From: a virus
DNA: 64,000 nucleotides
Virus record (IMG/VR): IMGVR_UViG_3300045988_136394
Span: 1-64,000 of that record
Direction: 5' to 3' (one strand)
In this document: piece by piece, positions 7,640 through 16,014 of the stretch
How the letters are laid out: every line of letters starts with the position of its first letter
Position numbering within the stretch: the stretch's first letter is position 1
The notes under the pieces: model-generated
What the model saw: the letters and a program-made list of their open reading frames with translations, nothing else
Databases searched by the model: none
Told to the model about the DNA's origin: nothing
Position numbers and translations under genes: made by a program

Positions 7640-8004
7640 TATTCTTTTTCCCTATCAAATATACTTTCATAATCCATTTGTAAATAACGCACTGCTTCTT
7701 CACATATTGCTGTATTCCAATAATTTATCAAATTTTGTTTATGATTAAAAAGCCCAGTTGTCAAGTCACAAACACGACAAACAATTTTATATCCGCCATT
7801 TGGAAGTTCACGAATTATTGGTTGATAGCCACATTTAGGGCAAGGTTGTAAGGATTTAATTTCAAATTCATTCAAAATATGACAAATTTCTTCGGCTACC
7901 TGCAAAGGTACATTAACGGCCATGGCTAAAATTCTATAATTCTTATGAACTTCATATACATTATAAAGGTCTGATTTTTCATCTGTTAAAACTGGTTCAT
8001 ACAT
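7639..8004 (-). CDS. zinc-ribbon protein with a Lar-like C-terminal half (putative restriction alleviation)
   Basis: LQPCPKCGY...VCRVCD cysteine pairs in a Lar-like arrangement (CPxCG...C..C). Confidence 0.35.
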   Translation of the reverse strand: MYEPVLTDEKSDLYNVYEVHKNYRILAMAVNVPLQVAEEICHILNEFEIKSLQPCPKCGYQPIIRELPNGGYKIVCRVCDLTTGLFNHKQNLINYWNTAICEEAVRYLQMDYESIFDREKE

Positions 8005-8234
8005 ATTAACATCCTCCTATTTTCATAAGTAATTAAGTAAACACAAGAAAAGTGTAATGGAAATATTAGCAGTAACTAATATAAAAAGCTTTACCCATGC
8101 ACTCTCCGCCACGGATAATAAATCACAAAGTACATATAAATAATATACAAATACACTAATAATAATAGTTAAGCCCAACATTGATAAGAATGTCATAATT
8201 TAGCCTCCTAGGGATATCTCTTTCATTCATTGTC

Positions 8235-8615
8235 TTATTCATCGTCCTCAATTATCCTCAAGTCCTTTTTAAATTTTTCTACTGGAGAAAGGTCGAGAGT
8301 CTGCCCACAATATCTACAATGTTTACCTAAATAATATGATGGATCTTTTAAAACATCTAAAAATTCTTTCTCGTCATAAATTGGTAATTTCTTCAACATA
8401 CTTGAACAATGTGAACAAACAATATCATAACCAAATAGACCACGATCAACTCTAACAGGCGCTGGCCTTTCTTTAGATATGCAATTCAATATCAATTTTA
8501 ATTCTGACTTATTAAAATTTATCGCTATTTTTTCATTATCCGGCAATTCATTTATCCATGAATCCTGTAAAATTGCCCTTAACCTGTTGATAATCTCTAC
8601 AGACTCTTTGTTCAT
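8235..8615 (-). CDS. zinc-finger protein (126 aa)
   Basis: CSHCSS and HCRYCG pairs. Confidence 0.4.
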   Translation of the reverse strand: MNKESVEIINRLRAILQDSWINELPDNEKIAINFNKSELKLILNCISKERPAPVRVDRGLFGYDIVCSHCSSMLKKLPIYDEKEFLDVLKDPSYYLGKHCRYCGQTLDLSPVEKFKKDLRIIEDDE

Positions 8616-8750
8616 TGTTTTTAAACTCCTTTCATATAATTACATTAAAAAATTTTTTACGGCCGTTTACGGACTGTTTTCATTAAGGCATTTTCCCAAC
8701 TCCTAACATTTTATTTACAGTTTTTAGCCCTATTTTGTGGCTATGCGTTT

Positions 8751-8779
8751 ATTATAATGCTATCTAGTATATTTGTCAA
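8751..8779 (-). promoter_or_regulatory. consensus sigmaA promoter (minus strand) TTGACA-17-TATAAT for the 8615 to 6099 operon
   Basis: Reverse complement reads TTGACAAATATACTAGATAGCATTATAAT. Confidence 0.55.
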
Positions 8780-8875
8780 CAATTATTTTTAACGACATAA
8801 ATCGTCCATTAAGGGTCTGTATTTTTGCTTTTAGATTTTATGATTTAACTCCTTAAATGGTTTTACGTGGCTTGT

Positions 8876-8936
8876 GTTTTTGATTATGGAAAATCACTCT
8901 ATAGGAGGGTATATTTTTTGATTATGGAAAATCATC
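8876..8936. repeat. two 21-bp direct repeats (TTTTTGATTATGGAAAATCA) with a 39-bp period; iteron-like
   Basis: Seen directly at 8876-8897 and 8915-8936. A G-rich motif ggtaggggtgggtggtagg follows at about 8948-8968. Confidence 0.6.
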
Positions 8937-8949
8937 CATTAATGGAGAT

Positions 8950-10060
8950 GTATTATGGTAGGGGTGGGTGGTAGGCCACATCTTCAAAACGGACTCCTGG
9001 GGGTATTAATTATGAAGATTAATAACATGGTAAGGGCATCTAGTTGCTTATGCTTATCAATAGCTATTGCTATTAGCTTATTATGCTAATTAATAATAAG
9101 GTATTATTTTGTATATATACTAATAATACACTTTTACTATTTATCTATACTTCATAATCATCTATATTACTAATAATATTCATTTATTATTTACCGCCAA
9201 ATGGCATAAACACTGGCTTTTTAATTAATAATGGCTATTGCTTATAATATATTGCTTGTTTGCATGGCTTGTATTATGGTATATATTGTATATATACATA
9301 TATTATATATTAATAAGGCTTCATAAGCATTAATTGTTACTAATAATGAGCTTGTGCTTATCATGCAGCGGCAAAAATAGTATTAAATCCTTATATGTAT
9401 ATGTTGTTTGTAGCCCTTAAACACTATATTTCCCATATTACCACATTGTTTATATTACTATATTTCACACTATATTTCTACTATTACTTGCATATAACAA
9501 TGGTAAATAGCTACCTAATATAACATAATATACAATATAACATGGTAACATATACTAAAAGCTAAATGGTAATATATTTCACCCTATACTATATGTTATA
9601 TTGTATATATTTCTATACTCTACTATGTAGTAACCTATAGTATATTTCACCTATTACTAATTATTAAAAGCTTTCTATATGTATATTATTATTAGTGTTA
9701 TATGTTGTTATATTTTAGTATTTTCTATATTGTATATATTATTAAAACCTAATAATTTTTACACAGCGCGGCGGCTTAAATTTTATATGGTATTATTAGA
9801 GTTCATTATCTTTACTAATATTTGTTATTAAACAGCATTATTATTACTATTAATATTAATTCCTATTACTCTTATTTTACTAGCTAATTACCTTTGCTTA
9901 TTTACCTGCAATCTGCATAAATATTGGCTTTTTAATCTTTTTTATTGCTTATTAATAATTGTTGCTAATTATATTGTTTGCTAATTATTCTGTGTTATTG
10001 TTTGTTGTATTATTACTATTATTGTTATTTATTATTTAATATTTTCAATAGTCACTAAAA
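8950..10060. repeat. 1.1-kb ORF-free, extremely AT-rich low-complexity tract with degenerate repeats (TTGCT/ATTGC/GCTTAT words; roughly 40-bp related copies at 9186 and 9900; isolated GC islands at 9365, 9765 and 10075)
   Basis: No ORF of 60 aa or more on either strand. Repeated ttatttacc(g/t)..gcataaa..tggctttttaat elements. Confidence 0.5.
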
Positions 10061-10358
10061 TACGTTTGTACTTACTACGCCGCCGCCAAATTTTGCCTAC
10101 ATTAATACTTTTTACCCTGCCCTATTACTTATACCTTTGCACGCAAAAACCTTTTATAGCCAATTTATATGCCTATAAAGCCTATTGCCAATTTACTAAT
10201 TTGCCAAAATACGCTATTTTTATTATATTTTTTATTACTTTTACATCATTTTATAAAATATGTTTACATATTTTGCTTGTAATTTTTTAATATTGTATAT
10301 TGTAATTTACAAGCAATTATGTTATAATAAAACCATAATAAACAAGGGGGTATTTAAT

Positions 10359-10625
10359 ATGCAAGTTAGTAAATATTTGTACAAACATTTTGCGCAATTA
10401 AATTGCCACAATTTAAATTATGGCGTTAAAATTACAAGTGCCGTATTGTTACAGTATGTTAAAGCACTTGGTTTTAGGGTTTTAACATTAAAATTTTATG
10501 GCAAACCAAAACGCAACAATTTTAGTATAACGGTAAAACACCATAATTATAATAATTGTTATTGTTTAAATTGGCGTACTAATAAAAATGGCTATATTGT
10601 TTTTGTTGGGGTTTGCATTGTTTAA
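10359..10625 (+). CDS. hypothetical Cys/Asn/Tyr-rich small protein (89 aa)
   Basis: ATG with RBS AAGGGGG. An intrinsic terminator follows directly. Confidence 0.4.
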   Translation: MQVSKYLYKHFAQLNCHNLNYGVKITSAVLLQYVKALGFRVLTLKFYGKPKRNNFSITVKHHNYNNCYCLNWRTNKNGYIVFVGVCIV

Positions 10626-10634
10626 AAAATTAAT

Positions 10635-10664
10635 AACCTGCAATTTTGCAGGTTATTTTTTTTG
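10635..10664 (+). terminator. Rho-independent terminator
   Basis: aacctgcaa-ttt-tgcaggtt followed by a T9 run. Confidence 0.6.
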
Positions 10665-10677
10665 CCTGTTTTTAGCC

Positions 10678-10704
10678 AAAAAAAAATACCCCTTTTGCAA
10701 GGGG
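10678..10704 (-). terminator. Rho-independent terminator for 10719..11039
   Basis: cccctt-ttgc-aagggg hairpin with a T-run on the minus strand. Confidence 0.5.
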
Positions 10705-10718
10705 CAAATTTTTATATA

Positions 10719-11039
10719 TTAAAAATTATATGTATCGGTATAGCATAAATTAGCAGTGCCACAAATACCAACACTGCAATTAATATAAGCGCCGTCGGGC
10801 ATAACACTTATAAAGCAGTTACCGTTATTAGTATATGTTGTTAGTGTAAATTTGTTATTAGCCATAAACTCGAGCTCGCAATCGTTACCGTTTGCATTTA
10901 ACTCCTCGGTAATATTATCGAGTAATTGGTAAATATTACTAATTTCGTTAGGGTTATTAATAGTATCGAGTATTGTTTGGTAAATTGGTACAAATTGGTT
11001 AACTAAATTGCTTAAATTGTTTACATAATTGGTTAGCAT
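10719..11039 (-). CDS. Asn/Thr-rich protein with a Cys-rich C-terminus (bacteriocin-like or adhesin-like; function unknown)
   Basis: C-terminal ...GNCFISVMPDGAYINCSVGICGTANLCYTDTY. Low-complexity N-rich N-terminus. Own terminator. Confidence 0.4.
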   Translation of the reverse strand: MLTNYVNNLSNLVNQFVPIYQTILDTINNPNEISNIYQLLDNITEELNANGNDCELEFMANNKFTLTTYTNNGNCFISVMPDGAYINCSVGICGTANLCYTDTYNF

Positions 11040-11110
11040 AGGTATTTACCCCCTTTATTTATTGTAAGTACATTATAACATATTTTTGCAGTAAATGCAA
11101 GCACTTTTAC

Positions 11111-11142
11111 AAAAAAAAATAAGGTAGGTTTTTGCCTACCTT
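11111..11142 (-). terminator. terminator hairpin aaggtagg-ttttt-gcctacctt with an A9 run (T-run on the minus strand)
   Basis: Seen directly downstream of 11157..11672. Confidence 0.5.
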
Positions 11143-11156
11143 ATTAATAATTATTT

Positions 11157-11672
11157 TTAATTGTTACCAATGCCTATTTGCCAAAAGCCCTCGCTAGCAT
11201 AATTTACTATTTGCACTGGTGCATTATTAAAAGTAGTATTTAAATAGCCACCATATGGTATTTGCAACACATTACTAATAAATGCTGGTGCATAACTGCA
11301 CTCGTATACCATTTGCAACTGGTTTACATTTACTACACCGTTGTTATTAATAACTATTACTATATCGGTAGTAATACTAATATCGATAAGTAACTGCGGG
11401 TACATTTGCCACTGTATGTAGTTAAAAGTGTACTGTGTACCATTACTTGTTTGGGTAACTATTGGGTTGTATTGCAAGGCCGCCGGGTTAGTGTTGTAGG
11501 TTGCAGTATTTACTGCATTTAATACATATTGCACATTGTTAACTTGGTTAACAGGCACTTGCAAATTTTGCAGGTTTTGCAAAACTGCCTTGTAGTAATT
11601 GGTTGCCCCTACTAAATTTTTGTAAGTACCACTATGTTTTGTTTTTGCCACTTTTGCCATAAATAAACACAC
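11157..11672 (-). CDS. Asn/Gln/Tyr/Val-rich low-complexity protein (171 aa), function unknown
   Basis: Strongly biased composition (N, Q, V, Y, T). Conserved early-gene leader and RBS upstream. Confidence 0.4.
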   Translation of the reverse strand: MCLFMAKVAKTKHSGTYKNLVGATNYYKAVLQNLQNLQVPVNQVNNVQYVLNAVNTATYNTNPAALQYNPIVTQTSNGTQYTFNYIQWQMYPQLLIDISITTDIVIVINNNGVVNVNQLQMVYECSYAPAFISNVLQIPYGGYLNTTFNNAPVQIVNYASEGFWQIGIGNN

Positions 11673-12347
11673 CCTTTTTTATTTATTTGTAGGTAACTTT
11701 TTACCTTAACTATATTATACACCTTTGCTTGTAAAATTGCAATACTTTTTTATAAAAAATTTTAGCATCTTTTTTTATTGTAACCTATTTACAAATTTAA
11801 ATCGAAGTGGTATAGTTTAAGTATGCCAATGTATAAAGCAAATTAGTAATAATTACTAATAATAAACTATTAATATTAATACGCAATATTTATGCGCATT
11901 TTTAAATAATTAATAAATGTTGCTAGTAACAAATATTTGCTATTAGTACAAGTTACTAATAGGGTAAAGCTGCTGTTAAGTGCAAATATACGATGCTGCC
12001 CTAAACCGTTTGCTGCCCAAAATGCAATGCTACCTTCTTTGATAATGATTTCAAATTAAGAGTTATTCCTATATTCTTAATATTGTTATTTTAGTTATTT
12101 TCTTAATTGCTAATGATTTTTAAATTTAAAATTTTGCCGAATTTTACATTCTGCAGATAACTAATATATAGCCCTTGCAATTAGGGCTATTTTTTATACG
12201 AATAACCATTTTAACGCCAACGAAAATGTACCTACATTAATAATAAATAGGCTGGTAAAGGGTTTATATATACCCCTTGCCAGCCTAAAAATTTCAACAA
12301 TTTAAAAATTTGTATATTTTAAAAACGTACTTAATTTAAAAACGGAC

Positions 12348-12659
12348 TTAATCATATTCAACTGCATAAGTAATTCGACGGTCGCCGAAAAGTGTATTGA
12401 TTACTGCTAACTTTAATAGTTTATGTTTAGTAATATGATATTCAACTTCAAAACTGTAACCATAGCCAACGGCAGTGACTTCAATATGATTACCCCCAGT
12501 TTTATAAACAGTGTCAAGGCTATATACATCACCTAAAATTTGTTCACTCAGTTTGCCGACGAAAAGTTCGAAGTCAAGCTCTGTTTTAATTTTTTCGTGG
12601 CCTGCCAAAAATTCAGTTTCAAATTTTTTAAATAATTCGTATAAGTTCATAATGTACAC
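12348..12659 (-). CDS. hypothetical protein
   Basis: 103-aa ORF with a consensus promoter and leader upstream. Confidence 0.45.
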   Translation of the reverse strand: MYIMNLYELFKKFETEFLAGHEKIKTELDFELFVGKLSEQILGDVYSLDTVYKTGGNHIEVTAVGYGYSFEVEYHITKHKLLKLAVINTLFGDRRITYAVEYD

Positions 12660-12677
12660 CCCTTTTTTGTTTTTAAC

Positions 12678-12742
12678 AAGTATTGACTTTGCTTTACCTG
12701 TTAAATAAATTATAACATAGTTTTATAGCAAAGTCAATACTT
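12678..12742. repeat. 15/16-bp perfect inverted repeat AGTATTGACTTTGCT...AGCAAAGTCAATACT (33-bp spacer); each arm carries a TTGACT -35 box
   Basis: Seen directly. The promoter 12709-12737 sits inside it. Confidence 0.55.
12709..12737 (-). promoter_or_regulatory. consensus promoter TTGACT-17-TATAAT (minus strand) for 12348..12659
   Basis: Reverse complement reads TTGACTTTGCTATAAAACTATGTTATAAT. Confidence 0.55.
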
Positions 12743-12755
12743 TTTTTAAACTTTT

Positions 12756-13016
12756 TTAAAATTGTTGGGTATAAATATAACACTTTTTAATGCCATTATA
12801 TTTATAATCAATAAATATTCCTTTTTCGGTTTTTTTCGTATATAGTTTTAATATTACAATACCATATTGTGCTATATAATCACAAAAATACTCTTCAAGT
12901 AATTGGGCTATTTCATCATATGAAAGGTCGGCATAAGGAGCAAACAGTAAATAACTATTAATCATCGCTCCTAAAAAGTCCTCAACATTTAATACTATAT
13001 CATTTCCAATAATCAT
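12756..13016 (-). CDS. hypothetical protein
   Basis: 86-aa ORF. Confidence 0.4.
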   Translation of the reverse strand: MIIGNDIVLNVEDFLGAMINSYLLFAPYADLSYDEIAQLLEEYFCDYIAQYGIVILKLYTKKTEKGIFIDYKYNGIKKCYIYTQQF

Positions 13017-13027
13017 AATTAAACCTC

Positions 13028-13306
13028 CTATAATGGCATTAATGGATTAGTGACTAATAAAGTATTGATGTTATATCGATTTCGACGTAACATATCGTAT
13101 TCAACATTACCATGAATTGTTCTAGTAAATGGCTGTGTAATTAAATAAACACTTTTACCTGAAGGTGATATTTCTTTACTAATAACTTTGCTTAATAATC
13201 CATAATTCCAAACTAATACATCGCCAACTTTAATATCAATTGCTTTAGTACCTTCAAAATAGCCCTTAAAACCTTGTAAATGTACACCATTTTTCATATT
13301 AGTCAT
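13028..13306 (-). CDS. hypothetical protein
   Basis: 92-aa ORF. Confidence 0.4.
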   Translation of the reverse strand: MTNMKNGVHLQGFKGYFEGTKAIDIKVGDVLVWNYGLLSKVISKEISPSGKSVYLITQPFTRTIHGNVEYDMLRRNRYNINTLLVTNPLMPL

Positions 13307-13496
13307 CCTTCCTAAATGTGTTATTAAACCTTTTTAACATTTTATACCAATTGAGCAGCATGAAAATAGGGAAACCTGCAATATAAATAATTGTTACTAC
13401 AATAAAACCACATAATTTTGTAAAAGCGTATTCGTTATTAATTAAGTACCATGCGCCAAACACAATGACGCATGATACTAGCAACATAGTTAACAT
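13299..13496 (-). CDS. small membrane protein (65 aa)
   Basis: Two hydrophobic segments. Overlaps its neighbours by a few nt. Confidence 0.4.
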   Translation of the reverse strand: MLTMLLVSCVIVFGAWYLINNEYAFTKLCGFIVVTIIYIAGFPIFMLLNWYKMLKRFNNTFRKDD

Positions 13497-14152
13497 TATT
13501 TAGCCTCCACTTGTTTACGTTGCATAATAGTCGAACCTTCAACTACTCCTTGCAAAAATGCACATGTATCAACAGGAGCGTTACGCTTTTTAGTTTTAAA
13601 AGTGCCTGCCCCTTTTTCGGCCATAAATTTGTCGAACTCGGTATTTACTTCCTCGGCAACTGTAATTTTTAAAGCCGTGCAGTTTTTGTCAAGCTCCTTT
13701 TTTAAACCTACTAAAAAACCATCGACAAAACTGTTATACACGCCTTTAACTCCGTTACCCTGTTTCCAAATTTTCGTTTGGTAACTATCGGCCATACGGT
13801 GAATGGCCTGCCATAACCATTCGTAAATTTTGGTAACCGTTTTAGCGTTATTTTCGTAACCATAAAATACTGGAATCATTTTTTCAGCCCATATTAATTT
13901 TACACCATAATTATTAGCTAAAATTGTTGCCAGCGCAAAACGGTAACTTTTACCCCTTGCATTCACTGCAAATTCAGCCACGATATTTGCAGGTTTTTTG
14001 CTAATGTTTTGTAATTTAATGTTGTACTTTGCCATTAATTCCTGGGCTTTAGCGGCCGCTGCAATGGCCTCGGCTTGGTTGGTATTTTTGTTCGCCAACT
14101 CCAGTAATTTAATAATTTGTTGTTCTAGTTTGTTTAATTTTTGTTCAGTCAT
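13496..14152 (-). CDS. DUF2786-like N-terminal domain protein (218 aa)
   Basis: N-terminal KLLELANKNTNQAEAIAAAAKAQELMAKYNI resembles the DUF2786 helical motif found in phage proteins. Confidence 0.4.
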   Translation of the reverse strand: MTEQKLNKLEQQIIKLLELANKNTNQAEAIAAAAKAQELMAKYNIKLQNISKKPANIVAEFAVNARGKSYRFALATILANNYGVKLIWAEKMIPVFYGYENNAKTVTKIYEWLWQAIHRMADSYQTKIWKQGNGVKGVYNSFVDGFLVGLKKELDKNCTALKITVAEEVNTEFDKFMAEKGAGTFKTKKRNAPVDTCAFLQGVVEGSTIMQRKQVEAK

Positions 14153-14184
14153 TTTTATGACCCCCTTGTTTATTTGTTATACTT

Positions 14185-14213
14185 ATTATAAACGATTTTG
14201 CTTATAAAGTCAA
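14185..14213 (-). promoter_or_regulatory. consensus promoter TTGACT-17-TATAAT (minus strand) for 13496..14152
   Basis: Reverse complement reads TTGACTTTATAAGCAAAATCGTTTATAAT. Shares the leader ...CAAATAAACAAGGGGG. Confidence 0.55.
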
Positions 14214-14220
14214 GCACTTT

Positions 14221-14514
14221 TTAAAAATTTTTATCATTTTTAATTTGTAACATTAAATCGCTATAAACTTTAATTTGTTGCTCGGTTAGCCATTCTGGCT
14301 TAATTTTTAAACTATCATATATAATGTACATATATTCGATGTGCATTTCAACAGTTTCGCCCCACAAGTGGCGTTCATTGCCGTTGCCATAACCTAAATA
14401 GTATTTGCAATCTGTTTGCAGTCGGTTTAGCAACATATATTTAAATTGTTCATCATGGCTTTCGATATACAATGCAAACCGACCTAATTCAATATTTTGT
14501 TTTTTAGTTAACAT
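14221..14514 (-). CDS. hypothetical protein
   Basis: 97-aa ORF with RBS AAGGGGG. Confidence 0.45.
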   Translation of the reverse strand: MLTKKQNIELGRFALYIESHDEQFKYMLLNRLQTDCKYYLGYGNGNERHLWGETVEMHIEYMYIIYDSLKIKPEWLTEQQIKVYSDLMLQIKNDKNF

Positions 14515-14553
14515 ATTTTTGCCCCCTTTATTATTTGTTTACCTTGTAACTAC

Positions 14554-14582
14554 ATTATAAACGATTGTGATTTAAAAGTCAA
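14554..14582 (-). promoter_or_regulatory. consensus promoter TTGACT-17-TATAAT (minus strand) for 14221..14514
   Basis: Reverse complement reads TTGACTTTTAAATCACAATCGTTTATAAT. Confidence 0.55.
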
Positions 14583-14610
14583 CACTTTTTATGAAAAAAT
14601 TTTCAAAAAA

Positions 14611-14651
14611 AAAGTTATCCACAACTTTATTCACAGCCTGTGGATAACTTT
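14611..14651. promoter_or_regulatory. inverted pair of DnaA boxes (AAAGTTATCCACA...TGTGGATAACTTT, 13-bp perfect inverted repeat, 15-bp spacer) just upstream of the promoter at 14554-14582
   Basis: Perfect TTATCCACA and TGTGGATAA 9-mers seen directly. Confidence 0.5.
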
Positions 14652-14795
14652 CGTCTTCATAAATGGCCTGTATTAAGTTTTTTAGCGTGACCACATATAT
14701 TTATACCTATAAAGCCTAAAAACCGTTAAAACTAAAATATGAAGAAATTTAGGGTGATTGGCAAAAATGCAAAAAAAATAACCTGCAAATGCAGG

Positions 14796-15017
14796 CTATT
14801 TAAATAATTGTTCACGAGTTTTTTGCAGGTCGACTGCCTCTCCAGTACGCTTGTTAACCTTAATTATAGTGTGTGTTTGTGGCTCTTCGTAAAATTCGTG
14901 TGTTTCGTTTTGGGTAATTAGCCTTGGTTTTGGCTTAAAACCTTCAGGCGAATCGACTGGCCGAGTTGTTAAAAAGGTAACGGCCAATATAAATAATATT
15001 ACTGTTAACTTTTTCAT
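14796..15017 (-). CDS. small secreted or membrane-anchored protein (N-terminal signal/TM)
   Basis: MKKLTVILFILAVTFLTT hydrophobic N-terminus. Confidence 0.4.
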   Translation of the reverse strand: MKKLTVILFILAVTFLTTRPVDSPEGFKPKPRLITQNETHEFYEEPQTHTIIKVNKRTGEAVDLQKTREQLFK

Positions 15018-15020
15018 TTT

Positions 15021-15344
15021 TTATTCCTCCTCCGGGTAACGAATATCCAGATATTCACATTCTACAACATCGCCGTCTTCGTCTACTTCAACTTCCTGCA
15101 ACATAAGGCAGTCAACATTGGCGAACTTTAAACCGCAGTGGTTAAAAATATGAATGCAAAGCAATTCGCTTTCTTTTTCTAAATAATTATAGGCTTCGCT
15201 TTCGGACTCAGTTTCGAATATTACAGTGGGGTTAGAGTCGTCTAACAAATCAACGCTATGGCCATTAAAAAACAGAAATTGCAGTTCTTTTTCCCTAACC
15301 TCGGCAGTCCATTTTAATAATTGAAATTTTTTCATGATATACAC
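15021..15344 (-). CDS. hypothetical acidic protein
   Basis: 107-aa ORF with a consensus promoter upstream. Confidence 0.4.
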   Translation of the reverse strand: MYIMKKFQLLKWTAEVREKELQFLFFNGHSVDLLDDSNPTVIFETESESEAYNYLEKESELLCIHIFNHCGLKFANVDCLMLQEVEVDEDGDVVECEYLDIRYPEEE

Positions 15345-15365
15345 CCCTTTTTTATTTGTAACTAA

Positions 15366-15394
15366 AGTATACCATGAAATTAAATACTAGTCAA
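15366..15394 (-). promoter_or_regulatory. promoter TTGACT-17-TATACT (minus strand) for 15021..15344
   Basis: Reverse complement reads TTGACTAGTATTTAATTTCATGGTATACT. Confidence 0.45.
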
Positions 15395-15744
15395 GCATTT
15401 TCGACTGGTATTGTATAAAGTTTTTTTTGTTGTAGCATTACCAAAAACCGCAAAAGAATCTCTCTTCTTATTAAGTAAACGTGACTAATATTAATACTGT
15501 ATTTATCAGCAAATTGTTTTAATTTTTGGTCACGATTAATAGTAAAAGGAGTTTCGTAATATTCAACTATTAGGTTATAATGTAAATCGCTGTGTTGTTG
15601 ACAATAACTCTTTAATGCTTGTACACATTTAAAAATATTATTTGCTTTTTGATTTACATTATTAGGAACTTTATTATTTCTAATAAGAATATTTTCAATT
15701 TCCCTGTAAATCCTTTTTGCCACTATTTCCATTTTGTTCACCAA
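15391..15744 (-). CDS. hypothetical protein
   Basis: 117-aa ORF. Confidence 0.35.
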   Translation of the reverse strand: MVNKMEIVAKRIYREIENILIRNNKVPNNVNQKANNIFKCVQALKSYCQQHSDLHYNLIVEYYETPFTINRDQKLKQFADKYSINISHVYLIRREILLRFLVMLQQKKLYTIPVENA

Positions 15745-16000
15745 TCCTCAATAAATTATAATTCTTATAGGAACGATTCCTAGTTATGATTTTATAACAT
15801 TCAGCACCGTATCCTCTTTGTCTTGAAATGCTATCCTTCAATGGTTTACCACACCGCAAGCAGTGAGTGATATTTTTAATCATGATGCTGCCCCCAAAAA
15901 TCAATTGCTGCCCTCGTGGATATAATGCTGCCCTTTTGCACTTACAAAATTTACAACACATTCTTTTCGATTGAACATCAGGAAAACAATTCGCAATCAA
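15695..16000 (-). CDS. Cys-rich zinc-binding protein
   Basis: CCKFCKC...HCLRCGK...C cysteine clusters. Confidence 0.35.
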   Translation of the reverse strand: MIANCFPDVQSKRMCCKFCKCKRAALYPRGQQLIFGGSIMIKNITHCLRCGKPLKDSISRQRGYGAECYKIITRNRSYKNYNLLRIGEQNGNSGKKDLQGN

Positions 16001-16014
16001 ATTTCACAAATGCT

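Noticed and set aside
8950-10060. Possible CRISPR array in the AT-rich repeat tract
   Set aside because: There is no regularly spaced identical repeat. The repeats are degenerate and irregular, and no cas genes are nearby.
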